Source: Octopus sinensis
Taxonomy: Eukaryota
Reading direction: 5' to 3'
Length of the DNA stretch: 64,000 bases
Assembly: GCF_006345805.1 (NCBI RefSeq)
Contig: NC_042998.1
Location: 150,474,001 to 150,538,000 of the forward strand
This document shows, piece after piece, positions 1 to 12,675 of the stretch; the first letter of the stretch is position 1, and every line of letters begins with the position of its first letter. The notes under the pieces are model-generated. The model was not told the origin of the DNA and made no database searches. It saw only the letters and a program-made list of their open reading frames with translations. The position numbers and the translations under genes are program-made.

Positions 1-240
1 TAACTCCTCTCTGTTAATTCAGCTTTCAAACTTATCGTAAGAGAAGAAATAACGTTGGTTGTCAGCGGAGAAACATCAACGCTGTTACAACTCACTCAGA
101 ATTACTCCCATTGCCGTTAAAATACAAAAATATGGCCTTCAAACGATATGGAGGTCGTTTTTTGTTCCTCCTCGACCACATCCAGCTGGAATGCCTCTCC
201 AATGTCTCTGATATTGCTTTTAAGGCTTTGGTTCTGTTAT

Positions 241-445
241 CATAAAATCTCTGGCTCCAATCTCTAAGTCGAGAATCTTGACTCTGAAGAGTGCTTGCCC
301 CAGACTGTCGGCCAGACTGGCGTATTTTTCAGCCTTGAAAACTTGTGCTTCTAATGTACTTTAAAACGGCTCAGTGAGTTCAATTTAAATCAGTTGCTTT
401 GTTGACCAAGTATGAAGTACAAAATCTGGTCTCAAGCCACTTTTC
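241..445 (-). mobile_element. Decayed RLE-endonuclease domain of a non-LTR retrotransposon (CRE/NeSL/R2-like)
   Basis: Hand translation: SGLRPDFVLHTWSTKQLI*IELTEPF*STLEAQVFKAEKYASLADSL...LEIGARDF. Matches the RPD..IELT.P..K..KY..EIGARG restriction-like endonuclease pattern, with two stops. Confidence 0.7.
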
Positions 446-908
446 CACATGATTCTAGTTCTTTTTTTTCTTTCTTTTTTAATCTTGATGGTCTGCTGAG
501 CACTCCCAATCTCCGCACCACCTAGAAGATTCCATTCCTGTATAAATATATATACACTTGTAGTACAATATATGGATTTATAGAATCATATGGGTTTCAT
601 GGAAAGCTTCTCTACTGGACACGGCTAACAGACCACATAGTAATCCACTATGGAGGAGTTCAATGCAACTGAAATCCAGGACATCCGATCAGTGAAGTTT
701 TTTTCATGAGGAGTACATAAGCCATTAAAAGGTAAGAGATACGAAAGATGGATAGAGGGAGAGAGTTAGATAGACATACATATATACAAACATACATATT
801 TATATATTTATATATACATATACCCACACAACACCACCACAACACAAACACACATATATATATATAATATATATAATATATATATATATATATAATATAG
901 ATATATAT

Positions 909-988
<80 letters not shown>

Positions 989-1725
989 TTTTGCGTTGTT
1001 CCTCACCAGGCAGAGCCAAGAAACAATTAGGTGCAAAGTAGTCAGAAAGAAACTCCGTTGAAAAGATGTCGTTAAACGAGCCTGTGACGTAAATCACTGT
1101 CTCGTTTAACAAAAAAAAGTATTTTACGTTCCGTTTTCTGCACTAATGGAAGTATTTTATTGGTCATTTAGTGTCAACTTTCTATCAAATTACATAAAAG
1201 AATTGGGCAGAGTTTCTCCGATTTTAATAGACAACCATCCTTGTGATGCTCTAAACCATAAATAAACCTTGAATACAGTCTTTTGTGTAGGGGGCATAGG
1301 GGGTGAACAAAAGTACCCCATGCACATTTCTCCCTCAAACTAAACAACTTCCTACAGCGTTCTTGTGTTAATATTTTCCCACCACAATACAGCATTTATT
1401 GTTATTTATATACGCAGAGGTCAATAGAAAGACAGGTTGTTTGACGTTGTTGTTGTAGTTGTTGTTGTTATTGTTGTTAATGGTGGTGGTGGTGGTGGTG
1501 GTGGTGGTGGTGGTGGTGATGTATGTTTTTCTTTATTTGTGTACTTCATGTTGAGACTGGTCTTTATTTTTCATTCTAGTGGTGCCAGGTGCCATAATGA
1601 AGGGCATCGTAAGTTAGCAGGTCAGAAGCCTCTCCGTAACAAGTGCGTAATATACCTACATATATATATATAAATATACCTATACACACACACACATATA
1701 TGTGTAGGTATTTATATATGTGCGT

Positions 1726-1764
<39 letters not shown>

Positions 1765-1785
1765 ATATATAATATATATATATAT

Positions 1786-2135
1786 ATGTTCAGATTAGTT
1801 ACGGTCCAGTTCAAACCATTATCCCTGAAGATTTGGGTATGAGACGTGTGTCTGCCAAGTTTGGGCCAAAACTGCTTTCAGCTAACCAAAAGGACGCTCG
1901 GGTTTCAGTTGCACAAGTTCTCCTTGATTCTTTTATTCTTTTATTCCTTTCTTTGTTTCAGTCGTTTGACTACGACCATGCTGGAGTACCGCCTTCAGTT
2001 GAACAAATTGATCCCAGGACTTGTTCTTTGTAAGCCTAGTACTTATTCTATCGGTCTCTTTTCCCGAACCGCTACGTTAATATCAATATCGGTTGTCAAA
2101 CGATGACGCACACACGCACTCACATACACACACAC

Positions 2136-2197
<62 letters not shown>

Positions 2198-2651
2198 CCG
2201 TAACTATATATATATATATATACATGCGATAGGCTTCTTTCAATTTCCCTGTACCAAATCTACTCACAAGGCTTTGGTCAGCCCAAGGTTCTAATAGAAG
2301 ACTTTTGCCCAAGGTGCCACGCAGTGGGACTGAACCCGGTACCATGTGGCTGGTAAGCAAGCTTATTACAACATGAAAAATTTTTGAAAACTTTGCGTAG
2401 GCCTCTGAGCAGGTATCGCCAAAGTTTTGGCAAAATTTGATGCAGATTCTCTGCCATTGTCAATACGACAGTTACACGCTACATACCTTCCTGCTACGCA
2501 CTGCTGTAAACAGCAAAACTAAGCTAGAACGTTAAATCTTAGTGTGTATACACAGCAGAGTTCTAGGTTGATCTGTGCCAAGTGGCTTCAATCCGTGTGC
2601 TTTAGCTTCGTTACTATAGCAACAGACCGGATAGTTATTGATCAGACCACG
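1786..2651. mobile_element. Non-autonomous mariner derivative, head-to-head type, split by a SINE
   Basis: The + strand encodes MRRVSAKFGPKLLSANQKDARVSVAQVLLD. The - strand at about 2380-2460 encodes QRICIKFCQNFGDTCSEAYAK (mariner N-terminus). It ends in a mariner TIR (revcomp TA|CGTGGTCTGATCAATAAC) with TA at 2652-2653. Confidence 0.8.
1925..2370 (-). mobile_element. tRNA-derived SINE, family A (octopus-type)
   Basis: tRNA-like head with B-box (gggttcagtccc), internal (TA)/(CA) tract and gcatggtcgtagtcaaacgactgaaac tail; shared with many copies in the window. Confidence 0.85.
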
Positions 2652-2902
2652 TATAAAATAAACAGAATAATCAAACGAAACAAACGTACAAGACACGTTC
2701 ATTGTCAATGTTGTTATTCTTTTGTTCTTTTTTATGCTGAAGAAGGAATTGAAAGAGCAAAATGTATTACGTTTCGGATAATGTCCTTCTTCACATACAA
2801 AGAGAAAATCTCCAAAAGAAACAGGAAGCGAAAGAAGAAATGAAACGCGATAAAGAACTATGTGGGATCGGTTGACATCTTCGATTTAGATTCTGTGTAC
2901 GG

Positions 2903-2933
<31 letters not shown>

Positions 2934-3799
2934 GTGCGTGTGTGTGTGTGTGTGTGTGTGTGTTGTGTGTGTGTGTGTGTGTGTGTGCCTCTGTGTGTGT
3001 GTGTGCCTCTGTGTGTGTGTGTGCGTGTTGGTGTTGTTGTTCAGCCATGTCTGATTTCATTATTATATACATTGAAGGAACCAGAAGTGCTTAAGCTTTG
3101 GGGACTATTTTGCTTTGTGTTATTTCTTTATGCTGATTAGCGTCAGCAATTGCTTCCACCCCAGTAGCTTACTAGCATCTTTTTTTTATCTAATATGAAA
3201 AGATGAATGGTAAAGCTGGCGCAAGCGTAATTTGAACTAAGAATTTAAATGGAGATAATTAAGAACCGAGCTGTATTTTTGTCAACCGCTCATTATATTC
3301 AATCAAAATGATTACGAACGTTTAAAAGCAACCAATAGCTACAGCGTGAATCATCTTTTTCGTGGGGGAACTGTACTACATGTATTCGGTGTCATTTCTC
3401 CTGTTTGTACACAACCAAATACAGATGTTCCCACTCAGACATACATTCAAGCATAAATACGTACACACACGCATACACATACACGAAACAGGTTGTCGCA
3501 TAATGATAGGACCGGTGGCCATGGTTATGCATTATGTAGATTCCTAAATAAACCTGTTTTTTTCTATTGTTAGTTACTTGCTTTTAAATTGTGTCCTATC
3601 ATATTGAGACACTCTATACGTACATGTACACACACGCACACACACACACACACACACACTCACACATATATACATACATATAGATATGTGTATTATGTTT
3701 GTGGTAACAGTTTCCTTATTCATGTTAACTAAACATTCATCTTTGTTATATCACGTCTATCCTTTTCTCTTCAATCATTTGCAAGTACAAAACTACAGA

Positions 3800-4520
3800 T
3801 TTGTCTGTCATTCTAGTCATTGTCTACTTGGTCTTTAGAAGAAGTTACTTAGTACAAGACAGTCTCTGCCGTTTTAGAATTTCCGATAGTTGTATCAGAA
3901 AAGGTTTGAAGGCAATTCCCTATATAGTTTGCCTTTATTCAACACGTACTTATTTCCTTATCTCAATTTCGAGAACATTTCTGGTTTTTCTCAAGTTTAT
4001 GGATAAGTTACATAAAGATACTGTACTCTTCGCAGTTTCGGCTAGACACTAGTTTGTTCTTCCTTTATTAAAGCCGTTTTATACCAAATTCCAAATGTAT
4101 TTGGATTGTGAGGTGGAATTTCTACTGTCTTATATTCTGAAATAAGTGGAGATGCTGTGAAATACATATTCTGTGAGTTTTCATTAGTAATTTTCGATAC
4201 CATCTTCAAGTAGTGAATTACATGTTATACTTCGTAAGACACATTCCATGTAGGGCCTTTGAAAGGTTCTTTACTATTTAGTAAGCGGAATATTTTTGCT
4301 GACATGAATTCATCTCTAAGTACGCAGGTATTCATATCGTTTCTCATTAGGTTAGCGTTATGGTGTGTAATTAAAATAATCTTTTAGGTTACTTTCTTGA
4401 AGAATTTGTGGTATTTGTGGTTAAAAGAGAAATGTTTTCTGGTCAGTGATAAGAAATTACAGCTTTTCTTGGTTCCAACATCCAAGTTAAAAAGTGGGTT
4501 GAACCAGATTTTTTAAATCC
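3800..4520 (-). mobile_element. Decayed Penelope-like element, GIY-YIG endonuclease region
   Basis: Fragmented frames NVGTKKSCNFLSLTRKHFSFNHKYHKFFKK, RNSTSQSKYIWNL and LNKGKLY resemble PLE C-terminal motifs (NIGKKFL.LIDKHF..HKYHKIF, STELSKYIW.LK, LNKRSEL). Many frameshifts. Confidence 0.55.
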
Positions 4521-4787
4521 GCTTTTTGTTTTTCATGACACCATTGTCATTGTGTGTTATACCATGAAAATATTTTAGTGTGAAGATATGTTACATGTCC
4601 TCCTAACAATAATTATGACTAAATTTGAAAGGTTACAAACTGGTGGTCACAATATGTGTTGATATATACATACATACATATATATATATATAAGGTTAAT
4701 CCAAACGGGAAAACAGAAAAAACAACAACACGTGGAACAATTACAGTATTATTATTATTAGGCGCTCAGGAAAATGGAAGAAGGAGG

Positions 4788-4822
4788 GTATGACGTTTCG
4801 AGCGGAGCTCTTCGTCGGAAAC
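4788..4822 (-). ncRNA. Minimal type I hammerhead fold, U4C core
   Basis: gttt-CCGACGA-a-gagc[tcc]gctc-GAAA-cg-TC-atac, with palindromic helix III ACGU and one mismatch in helix I. Confidence 0.55.
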
Positions 4823-4977
4823 ATAGGAGAAGAAAATCCCGAGACGGGAGGACAGAGGAAAAAAAATTGCAGGTAGTCTTCACGAGGTCACATACTGATA
4901 TATTATATATATATATATATATTATATATATATATTACATATATATTATATATGTAGGCATATATATATGTATGTAT

Positions 4978-5017
<40 letters not shown>

Positions 5018-5085
5018 TATATATAATATACATATATATATATATACATATATATATACATATACATATATATATATATGTATAC

Positions 5086-5116
<31 letters not shown>

Positions 5117-5194
5117 CATATACATATATTATATATATATATATATATGTTGTGTTGTGTGTGTGTGTGTTGTGTGTGTGTGTGTGTGTATATT

Positions 5195-5412
5195 GCTCAG
5201 AGGCAGAGAGCTAAACATAGAGGGGACCAACAAGGACAAAGGGATTAAGTCGATTACATTGACCACAGTGCATAACTGGTACTTATTTAATCGACCTCGA
5301 AAGGATGGAAGCCAAAGTCGACTTCGGCGAAATTTGAACTCAGAACGTAACGGCAGACTAAATACAGCTAAGCATTTCGCATTGCATGTTAACGATTCTG
5401 CCAGCTCGCTAC
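5195..5412 (-). mobile_element. tRNA-derived SINE, family B
   Basis: Reverse complement of the gcgagctggcagaa...gagttcaaatt(cc)gccgaggtcgactttgcctttcatcctttcggggtcgat...aagtaccagt family. Confidence 0.8.
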
Positions 5413-6224
5413 CCTTGATATATACATACATGTATGTACGTATGTATGTATTTATGTATGTATGTATGTATGTATGTATATTACTTCACAGTTACCTTTA
5501 TTTAAGAGTAATGTTTCTATTTGGTTTCTTAACTTTGTATGTTCATTCTTTAGTGACTGATTCCCTCATGGATTTGAAAAAAAAGCTAACCTCAAACTAT
5601 CAGACACTGTTAATTTTAACTAATTTCTACCACAAACACTTCTTTATTCTCCCTTCCTCCCCACACCCGCCATCAGTTTTATATTCATTATGCCTTGACC
5701 AATATTTTTGTCAAAACTTCATAGACCTTTATACTTTTATCTTTTACAGCTTATACTTGTCGTTGTCACCCGTCTAATTTGAAATTTCTACGACTACAGA
5801 TGAAACAAAAACAACAGCCATTCTTCTATAACTATTGGTTTGACGCATAATTATTGTAGCTTTTTTTCAACAAATTTTTTTCAACAAAAACAATAATAAC
5901 ATGTAACAAAAACATCTTTAAATTATTATTCTTGAGCATAATCTCCATCTATTTCAATTACTGCTTCCCATTTGCTTGGTAGACGGTCAGACAGTCATTT
6001 AAAGATGTTTTTGTTAAATATTCCTACTGTTTTTGTTGAATAAAATTTATTGAAAAAAACCCGCAATAACTATGCACCAACCCAATAATACAAGTCATTG
6101 GGAAGGTGCGTTTTCTTTTATTCCACCTGTGTACATTACCTATTATCTAGCGTATTATAACCATCTTCCCCTTTTAATTTGTACGTTCATTTCCAATCTT
6201 ATTTAATTCCAGTTAAACAGATTT

Positions 6225-6262
6225 ATTATTATTAGTATTATTATTATCATTATTATTATTAT

Positions 6263-6306
<44 letters not shown>

Positions 6307-6336
6307 ATAGTAGTAATAGTAGTGGTGGTGGTAGTG

Positions 6337-6399
<63 letters not shown>

Positions 6400-6400
6400 T
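6225..6400. repeat. (TAT)n/(TAG)n/(TGG)n compound trinucleotide tract at the 3' end of an R4-like LINE
   Basis: Directly visible in the sequence. Confidence 0.9.
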
Positions 6401-6830
6401 TTTACTTTTGATCTGCATGTTTGTTACAGTCACTTGCCGAGATACACCCAGCGTCCTGGGATGAGTGAAAGATAAAAGTTGTTACATTATGACTGAAAGC
6501 TTGGGGAGGGGACGTAGTGAAATATCTTCATGTAGGACAACATAGACATTTAAATGAATAGGGATTTTCTAAGAATGTGGGCCGTACTTGTCAGTACAAT
6601 CTTTTGGATTTCTCTGAGGCATGGTTCTCCTGAGATCTTATCTAGATGTTTCTGACATCACTTTTTTATCATACCTAGGGCATCTACAATAACAGGAACA
6701 GTTATCGCTTTAAGGTGCCACATTTTTGTATTTCAGTTTCTATTATTATATCTTCTTACAATTTTGTTTTCATTTCTCGCCTAGGGCAAAGGAACTCAGT
6801 GTATACATTGGTAGGCCATTAAAATAAAAA
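6400..6830 (-). mobile_element. R4/Dong-like RLE LINE, 3' remnant
   Basis: EIQKMWHLKAITVPVIVDALGMIKK*CQKHLDKISGEPCLREIQKIVLTSTAHILRKSL, followed by a 3' UTR running into (TAC/TAA)n. Confidence 0.8.
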
Positions 6831-6944
6831 CATGAAATTGTTCTTTTACAAAGTCATGTGATAGAAAAGTGAAGAAAAACAGAGGAAAGAAGGAAAAAAG
6901 AAAAAATGAAAAAAGAAAACAAAGAAACTAAAGGGGAAATGGAA

Positions 6945-7540
6945 GTTAAAATTCACAGCGACAATACTCTTCTTAATACGTGTGACGTACCAGTTAAAAC
7001 AATTTTTGCTCTTCTTGCATGGATGATAATCCAGGGATCATCCCTTTATGATCATTCCAATTACTGGTATTGTAACTGTCTTGAGATGCCACATTTTTTC
7101 GATTTCAATCAGCAAATCTTTATATTTTCTGAGCTTATTAAACTCTTTTGCCGAGTTATGATCACAGGGGATGCTCATGTCAATCAATAAATAGACTTGA
7201 TTGTTTTGGTCTTTCACAACAATATCTGGTTTATTAGCTTTGATGGTCCCGTCTTTATGTACTGGAAAGTCCCAAAGAATCGTTACATATTTTCCCTCAG
7301 TTACAGCCTCGGGCTGGTGCTTGTACCATTCGTCAGTAGCTTTGATTTTATAATGCCGACATATTATCCAGTGTAGATATTGGCTAACTCTGTCATATCT
7401 TGATTTCTACTCTACTGGTACTAAAACCTTACCAGAGATTAGGTGGTCCACTGTTTCAGTCTCATCGTTACAGTATCGGCACTTTGGGTCTACTCAATTT
7501 TTCTTCACATTGGTTTGTTATTAATCTAAACCTTTATGGT
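6945..7540 (-). mobile_element. Second R4/Dong-like LINE remnant (CCHC + RLE)
   Basis: DPKCRYCNDETETVDHLISG; RYDRVSQYLHWIICRHYKIKATDEWYKHQPEAVTEG..TILWDFPV; IKANKPDIVVKD..LIDMSIPCDHN..KYKDLLIEIEKMWHLK. Confidence 0.85.
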
Positions 7541-7550
7541 AATAAAAAAA

Positions 7551-7675
<125 letters not shown>

Positions 7676-7729
7676 GACAATAAGAAGAGCTTTATACGAT
7701 TTGTAACACATTGTTTATTTAACTAATGG

Positions 7730-7774
7730 TTTGAACGATATTTCGACAGATCGTCTGTCTTCTTCAGGTTCAAA
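7730..7774 (-). ncRNA. Minimal type I hammerhead, canonical C3-G8 core
   Basis: tttgaac-CTGAAGA-a-gacaga[cga]tctgtc-GAAA-ta-TC-gttcaaa: 7-bp helix I, 6-bp helix II, palindromic AUAU helix III, AUC triplet. A decayed sister copy lies at 8047-8087. Confidence 0.8.
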
Positions 7775-7904
7775 ATGTAAAATGAAAACATCCGCAGAGA
7801 CACAGAAATTCAAAATACAAACGAGGAAATCCTGCTTTCCTATCTTGATAGAATGACATCATCGGCTTCAGTTTTGTAACTGATAAAAGGAAAAACCCAT
7901 TATT

Positions 7905-7955
<51 letters not shown>

Positions 7956-8381
7956 GTCGTCGTCATCACCACCACATCACCATCATCATCATTACAAAAT
8001 TAAGCGATGCGATATGTAAACCAATACTGATCGGCTGTTTATTGGGTTTAACAATATTTCGACAGTATGTTTCTCTTCAGATTTAAAATGAAAAATGAAG
8101 ACTTAAAAATACTCAAAGAACTTTAATCTATTTATAAGTTGTTTTTTGTTCGTAAATGGGTAATCTGATTAAAATAGAGGGAAAAAACAAAAACAAGAGA
8201 GAGAGAGCTATTGTTAGTCAGAAAGTTTTGTATAAATCTGATGGAACTCTTCTGTCATTCAGTTCATTCCACAAAGCCCATTCCAGGGCGAGGCGCTAAT
8301 CACCTACTAATATAGTTGTACTCATGTGGTTGTTTATGAGAAAAGAATTCGACTAAATTTGCTAAGCCTAAAACGACTGTA

Positions 8382-8594
8382 TGAGGGGTGCCGAAAACTT
8401 CCTAGTTTTGGGTAAAATGAAGTAGAGTAGGATAAGTTAATTATGATTTTATTCAACATATTTCCCTCTCAGGTTCACACGCTTATTGCAGCAGTCATTT
8501 AGTTTTTGTGAGCCCTGTAAAAGAACTCAGAATGTGGGATCCCCAACCAGGCCTTTCACGACACCCTTAAAGCCAGGAACTTTTCAGCACCCTG
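8382..8594 (-). mobile_element. Mariner MITE
   Basis: TIRs TA|tgaggggtgccgaaaacttcc and ggaactttttcagcaccc; the - strand retains a transposase C-terminus CNKRVNLRGKYVE*. Confidence 0.7.
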
Positions 8595-8972
8595 TCTTAA
8601 CTTTGTATATATGCAAACACACACATGTGTATCTATGTATTTGTGCATGCGTACATTTAGATGCATGAACATACATCTATATGTACGCATGTAGAGATGG
8701 TATTGCACATGTGGATTTTATATCATGCTGAACTTGACTGTTTTTTGTCTTTTTATAAATTTTGACTGTACCGTTCGCTGTTCGTAGCTATAATCTTCTG
8801 ATTAGACGTGTTCTTTTCTAGTTTTCCGAATCCTAACTTCTTGAATTTCGTACTGCGGTAGTTAGTCAGATAATCAACTACCCCAGTGATTATTAGTAAA
8901 AATCTAAAATTATAACTCCAATAGAGTAACAGCAAATTTCTCATCGGTTCGTCATGGATGTTTTCTTTTTCA

Positions 8973-9041
<69 letters not shown>

Positions 9042-10329
9042 ATTTCGCTACAATGTATGGACACGGTTATGCTTTGGATGTTCAATATTCCCTTTCGAAG
9101 TTGGAAACATCGTGGTTGTTTGTATTTACACGGAGCGTTGTTTCTTCTCTAGTAAGATCTGATGTCAAAATACACGCGCGCGCGCGCGCGCACACACACA
9201 CACACACACACATTTACTCACACTTACGCCGATACACACATACAGTCATAAATACGTCACCTCATTCCTCCACCCAGTCATCCGCAACTAATACTAAACA
9301 CCTAACATCCCCCCCACACACACACTCAAATTCGCATACTCACACGGATGCACACGCTTACACACTTGCACATACATACACTCTCACATTCACACACACA
9401 CACACATACACACACACGCACGCACACACGCACAATCACACACACACATACACACACACATACACACACACATACACTCAGTACTGCGGATAATCTAATT
9501 CAAAGGACAAGTATTCTCATTTGACATCCCACAACAACAACAGTAACCACCATCACCACAACAACAAGCAACAGCAGCAGCAGCAGCAGCAGGATGTGGC
9601 GGTATTTACGGTTTTCTAACAGCAATATTCTCACGCATGACCTTTGACATCTGCTGCTCATGGCGATATTGACACCAGATACTGCCAGACACAAACCAGC
9701 CACCAAAACCACCAAAACCAACACAAACACATGAAACCCAAGTGCGGCGTCCTTGTTATTGTTGTTGCTGTTGTTGTTGTTGTCGTCGTCGTCGTCGTCG
9801 CCAGCAGCGTTGTTGTTGCTACTGTTGCTGCTGCTGATATTCAGAACCAGATCGTCCTTAATGAAAGAATAGTCAATCCATGACCATCTCGTCCTATGTT
9901 CAACGATAGTGAACGACCCAGGTAACATTATCCGAAGTGCCCTTCTTAAACACATTAGACCGTAGTTTGAGGGATATATGGTAGCTATTCCTTGCAAGTT
10001 GAGACTCATTATTGAAGGGAGATAAATCTGTTCACAATATTTTAGCAATGACACTCATTTGTTGCTTCTTTCTAAATGAAACCATCTTTAGAAGATTTGT
10101 AACGATTAGCAACGCATTTATCAGAGACGACCTACTTTCTAAGCATATCTCACGCATGTGTTAGCATTGTTGATATTCGTTTTTATTTATTTATTTATCG
10201 GCCGAGGAGTGGGGTTGTTCTTTTCTTCGTCAGTACAATAATGAAAGAATTGTTCAATTCCGAACTCTGGGAAGAATATAACATTGATCTTGATTACCAA
10301 TGATTGTGCAATTTCTCTGTCACAGAGAC

Positions 10330-10700
10330 CTAACGAAACACAAGAAGCTCCTCCTGAATATTCAAACTATAACTTCGCCATATACTCTTCATATCAACGC
10401 TGATTAACTTTAAATATTTGTTACGAGTGATATATCGGTCAATGTGACATTAGATGGAATGTACTCGGAAGATGTTAATGCGTTTAAATACCTTGGATCA
10501 CAGGTAGAAGACAATGATATTACTGCATCGTTAATATAGAAGTGGTTTAGCATCCGGTGTCTTTGATCTCTTCCACTGGTGTGTTTGGAAGCAAAACAAC
10601 GTCTTATTGCACACTAATATCGGTATTTATCAACTATCGATTATCTATATTGTTACCACCGTTGTTTTATACTGAGAGAGCATCACAGAATTACCGTCGA
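10330..10700 (+). mobile_element. Highly decayed LINE reverse-transcriptase C-terminal fragment (RTE-like)
   Basis: VTLDGMYSEDVNAFKYLGSQV motif. Confidence 0.4.
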
Positions 10701-11433
10701 TTAACTGTCTGCAGAATGATTCCATTCAAAGAATTTGCAAACCAACCATTTCTGAATTAATTATTATACCATAGCAATGGTTCTGATGGTATATCTCTAT
10801 GTAAATCTAATGAAGCATTGCCATGAAAATTATTTATATTCATCTAACCACAACAACGGGGAAAACACAGAAAAAGACTTCGCTGAAAGCATGTCGAACA
10901 GATCGAAAGAAATAAAAATAATAATTTAATGTTTTGTAGGGGTTTAAAGGCCCCGCATTCCTCCCCACTTCCTACTGAAGAAACCCAGCAAGAATGAAAT
11001 AGCACCTATAATGCAGTGTTAAGCACTCTATGATTAAAGTGAAAAATTAATTAAATACGCAAAAATAGAATTCTTTGCCCATCAAAGCAATATTAGTATT
11101 ATGGATGCCAGCATCTCTCTAGCCACAGAGATAAACGGTAAATCAACTGAGAAATTGCATAAAATAATTAAACACCTGGCAAAAAACAGCAAATATAGGA
11201 TGTAATCATCAACAAGTGATGGATGGTGGATAAAAAAATGCTGAAACATTTTCCCATGACGGTTATAATGTATACTTCTTACCTGAAACTCACCCGTCTC
11301 AAAGAAAAGAGCGCTTCAGTTAATTTGGATAACATTTAAAAATGGCTGTAGTTGTTATTTTCTTGAACGTAATACGGTTCCAGTATCTTTTAAATTTTTA
11401 TTGATTGATTTTTGCCACTCGATTATATAAAAT

Positions 11434-12205
11434 CAGAGTGTTCAAGTTAAACCTCGACAGATTGCATAAAAGGAAAAGAAAGCATAATATCTGATCCAAA
11501 CATAAAAGTATTTTTAAAAATCGAAAAATATCAATTTTATTATGGCTGGGAGATAGCTGGTTGCTCAGAGTAGCTACCTTCAGCTTCCACCATGGCTTCA
11601 AGATAGTTCCAGAACCTGGCACGTGTTCCTCACTGTGTCTCTGGGAAGATCTTCGAACGCCTCTTTGATCTTGGCCATCAGGTCGGCCTTGGTGTTGCAG
11701 AGAAAGCGATCGGTGAATTTCTCAACCGTATCCCACGCATAGTTATCCATGTGATTACAATGAGGGGAGTCAGGAAGCCAGAAATTGGAGATGGTGAAAT
11801 CCTTGAAATTCTCCGTCAATCACTTTTGGCTCTTTCTGGAGATATGGCAAAGAACAGAATCTTGCTGCTACACATATGACTCTTTCTAGCCAGGGATTGA
11901 ACCCAGTCACCAACAGCTTAATAATACCATCTGAATTGAGCCCAATATCCTGTTCATAGATATGGGTGTGATGTCAGGACGACTGCTGTGTCTCTTTCTG
12001 CTGGCCACAGCTTTGTAGTCTCCGTTGCAGCTGTCCATGTCATGCCTTACAGCTTTTATAGCGTTCACAGAACACTGAGCAGCAGCCAAGATGTCAGCAT
12101 TGTGAAAACTAGTGCGAATCATTATGATTCAGAAAACTCTTTTCCAATATTCGGGTGGTTTCCAGTCCTTCATGTCAGCTAACTTTAATCAGCCTGAACA
12201 CGCTG
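11434..12205 (-). mobile_element. maT-type (DD37D) Tc1/mariner remnant with internal deletion
   Basis: YV*QQD(37 aa)D spacing counted by hand: D-SVLCHISRKSQK*LTENFKDFTISNFWLPDSPHCNHM-D. C-terminus RFWNYLEAMVEAEGSY. Weak TIRs cagagtgttcaag / cctgaacacgctg. Confidence 0.75.
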
Positions 12206-12263
12206 TGTATATGCATATACATACGCACACGCGCGTGCGTGTATGTGCGTGCATAGGTATGCA

Positions 12264-12324
<61 letters not shown>

Positions 12325-12327
12325 CCG

Positions 12328-12577
12328 TATATGTGTGCACATATATGTATGTTCTTTTATTCTTTTCTCGAACCGCTAAGTTACAGAGATGTAAATACAC
12401 TAACACCGGTTGTCAAGCGGTGATGGTGGTCAAACACAGACAGAAAGGCACACACACATAGATATACACATATGTATATGTGTATATCTTGACAACCGGT
12501 GTTAGTGTATTTACATCTCTGTAACTTAGCGGTTCGAGAAAAGAATAAAAGAACATACATATATGTGCACACATATA
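12328..12577. repeat. Inverted repeat, 90-bp arms (12328-12417 / 12488-12577), made of a SINE-A remnant
   Basis: The arms are reverse complements; I see no mismatch. Confidence 0.9.
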
Positions 12578-12638
12578 ATTAATTTCCATATAAATAATTT
12601 CCACTTATTTCTTATTTTTCTTTTCCTGAGAGTCAAGA

Positions 12639-12675
12639 CTATTGAAAAGGTTGCAAGACGCAACGAAAATTTTGG
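12639..12675 (+). ncRNA. Minimal type I hammerhead fold, U3-A8 core
   Basis: cta-TTGAAAA-g-gttgc[aagac]gcaac-GAAA-at-TT-tgg, with palindromic AAUU helix III. Lies within a repeat (about 12580-12785) that recurs at 36212-36410. Confidence 0.65.

Noticed and set aside
1060-1130. TTGAAAA followed by the hairpin gttaaacgag...ctcgtttaac as another U3-A8 hammerhead
   Set aside because: No GAAA/UH after the hairpin and no helix I.
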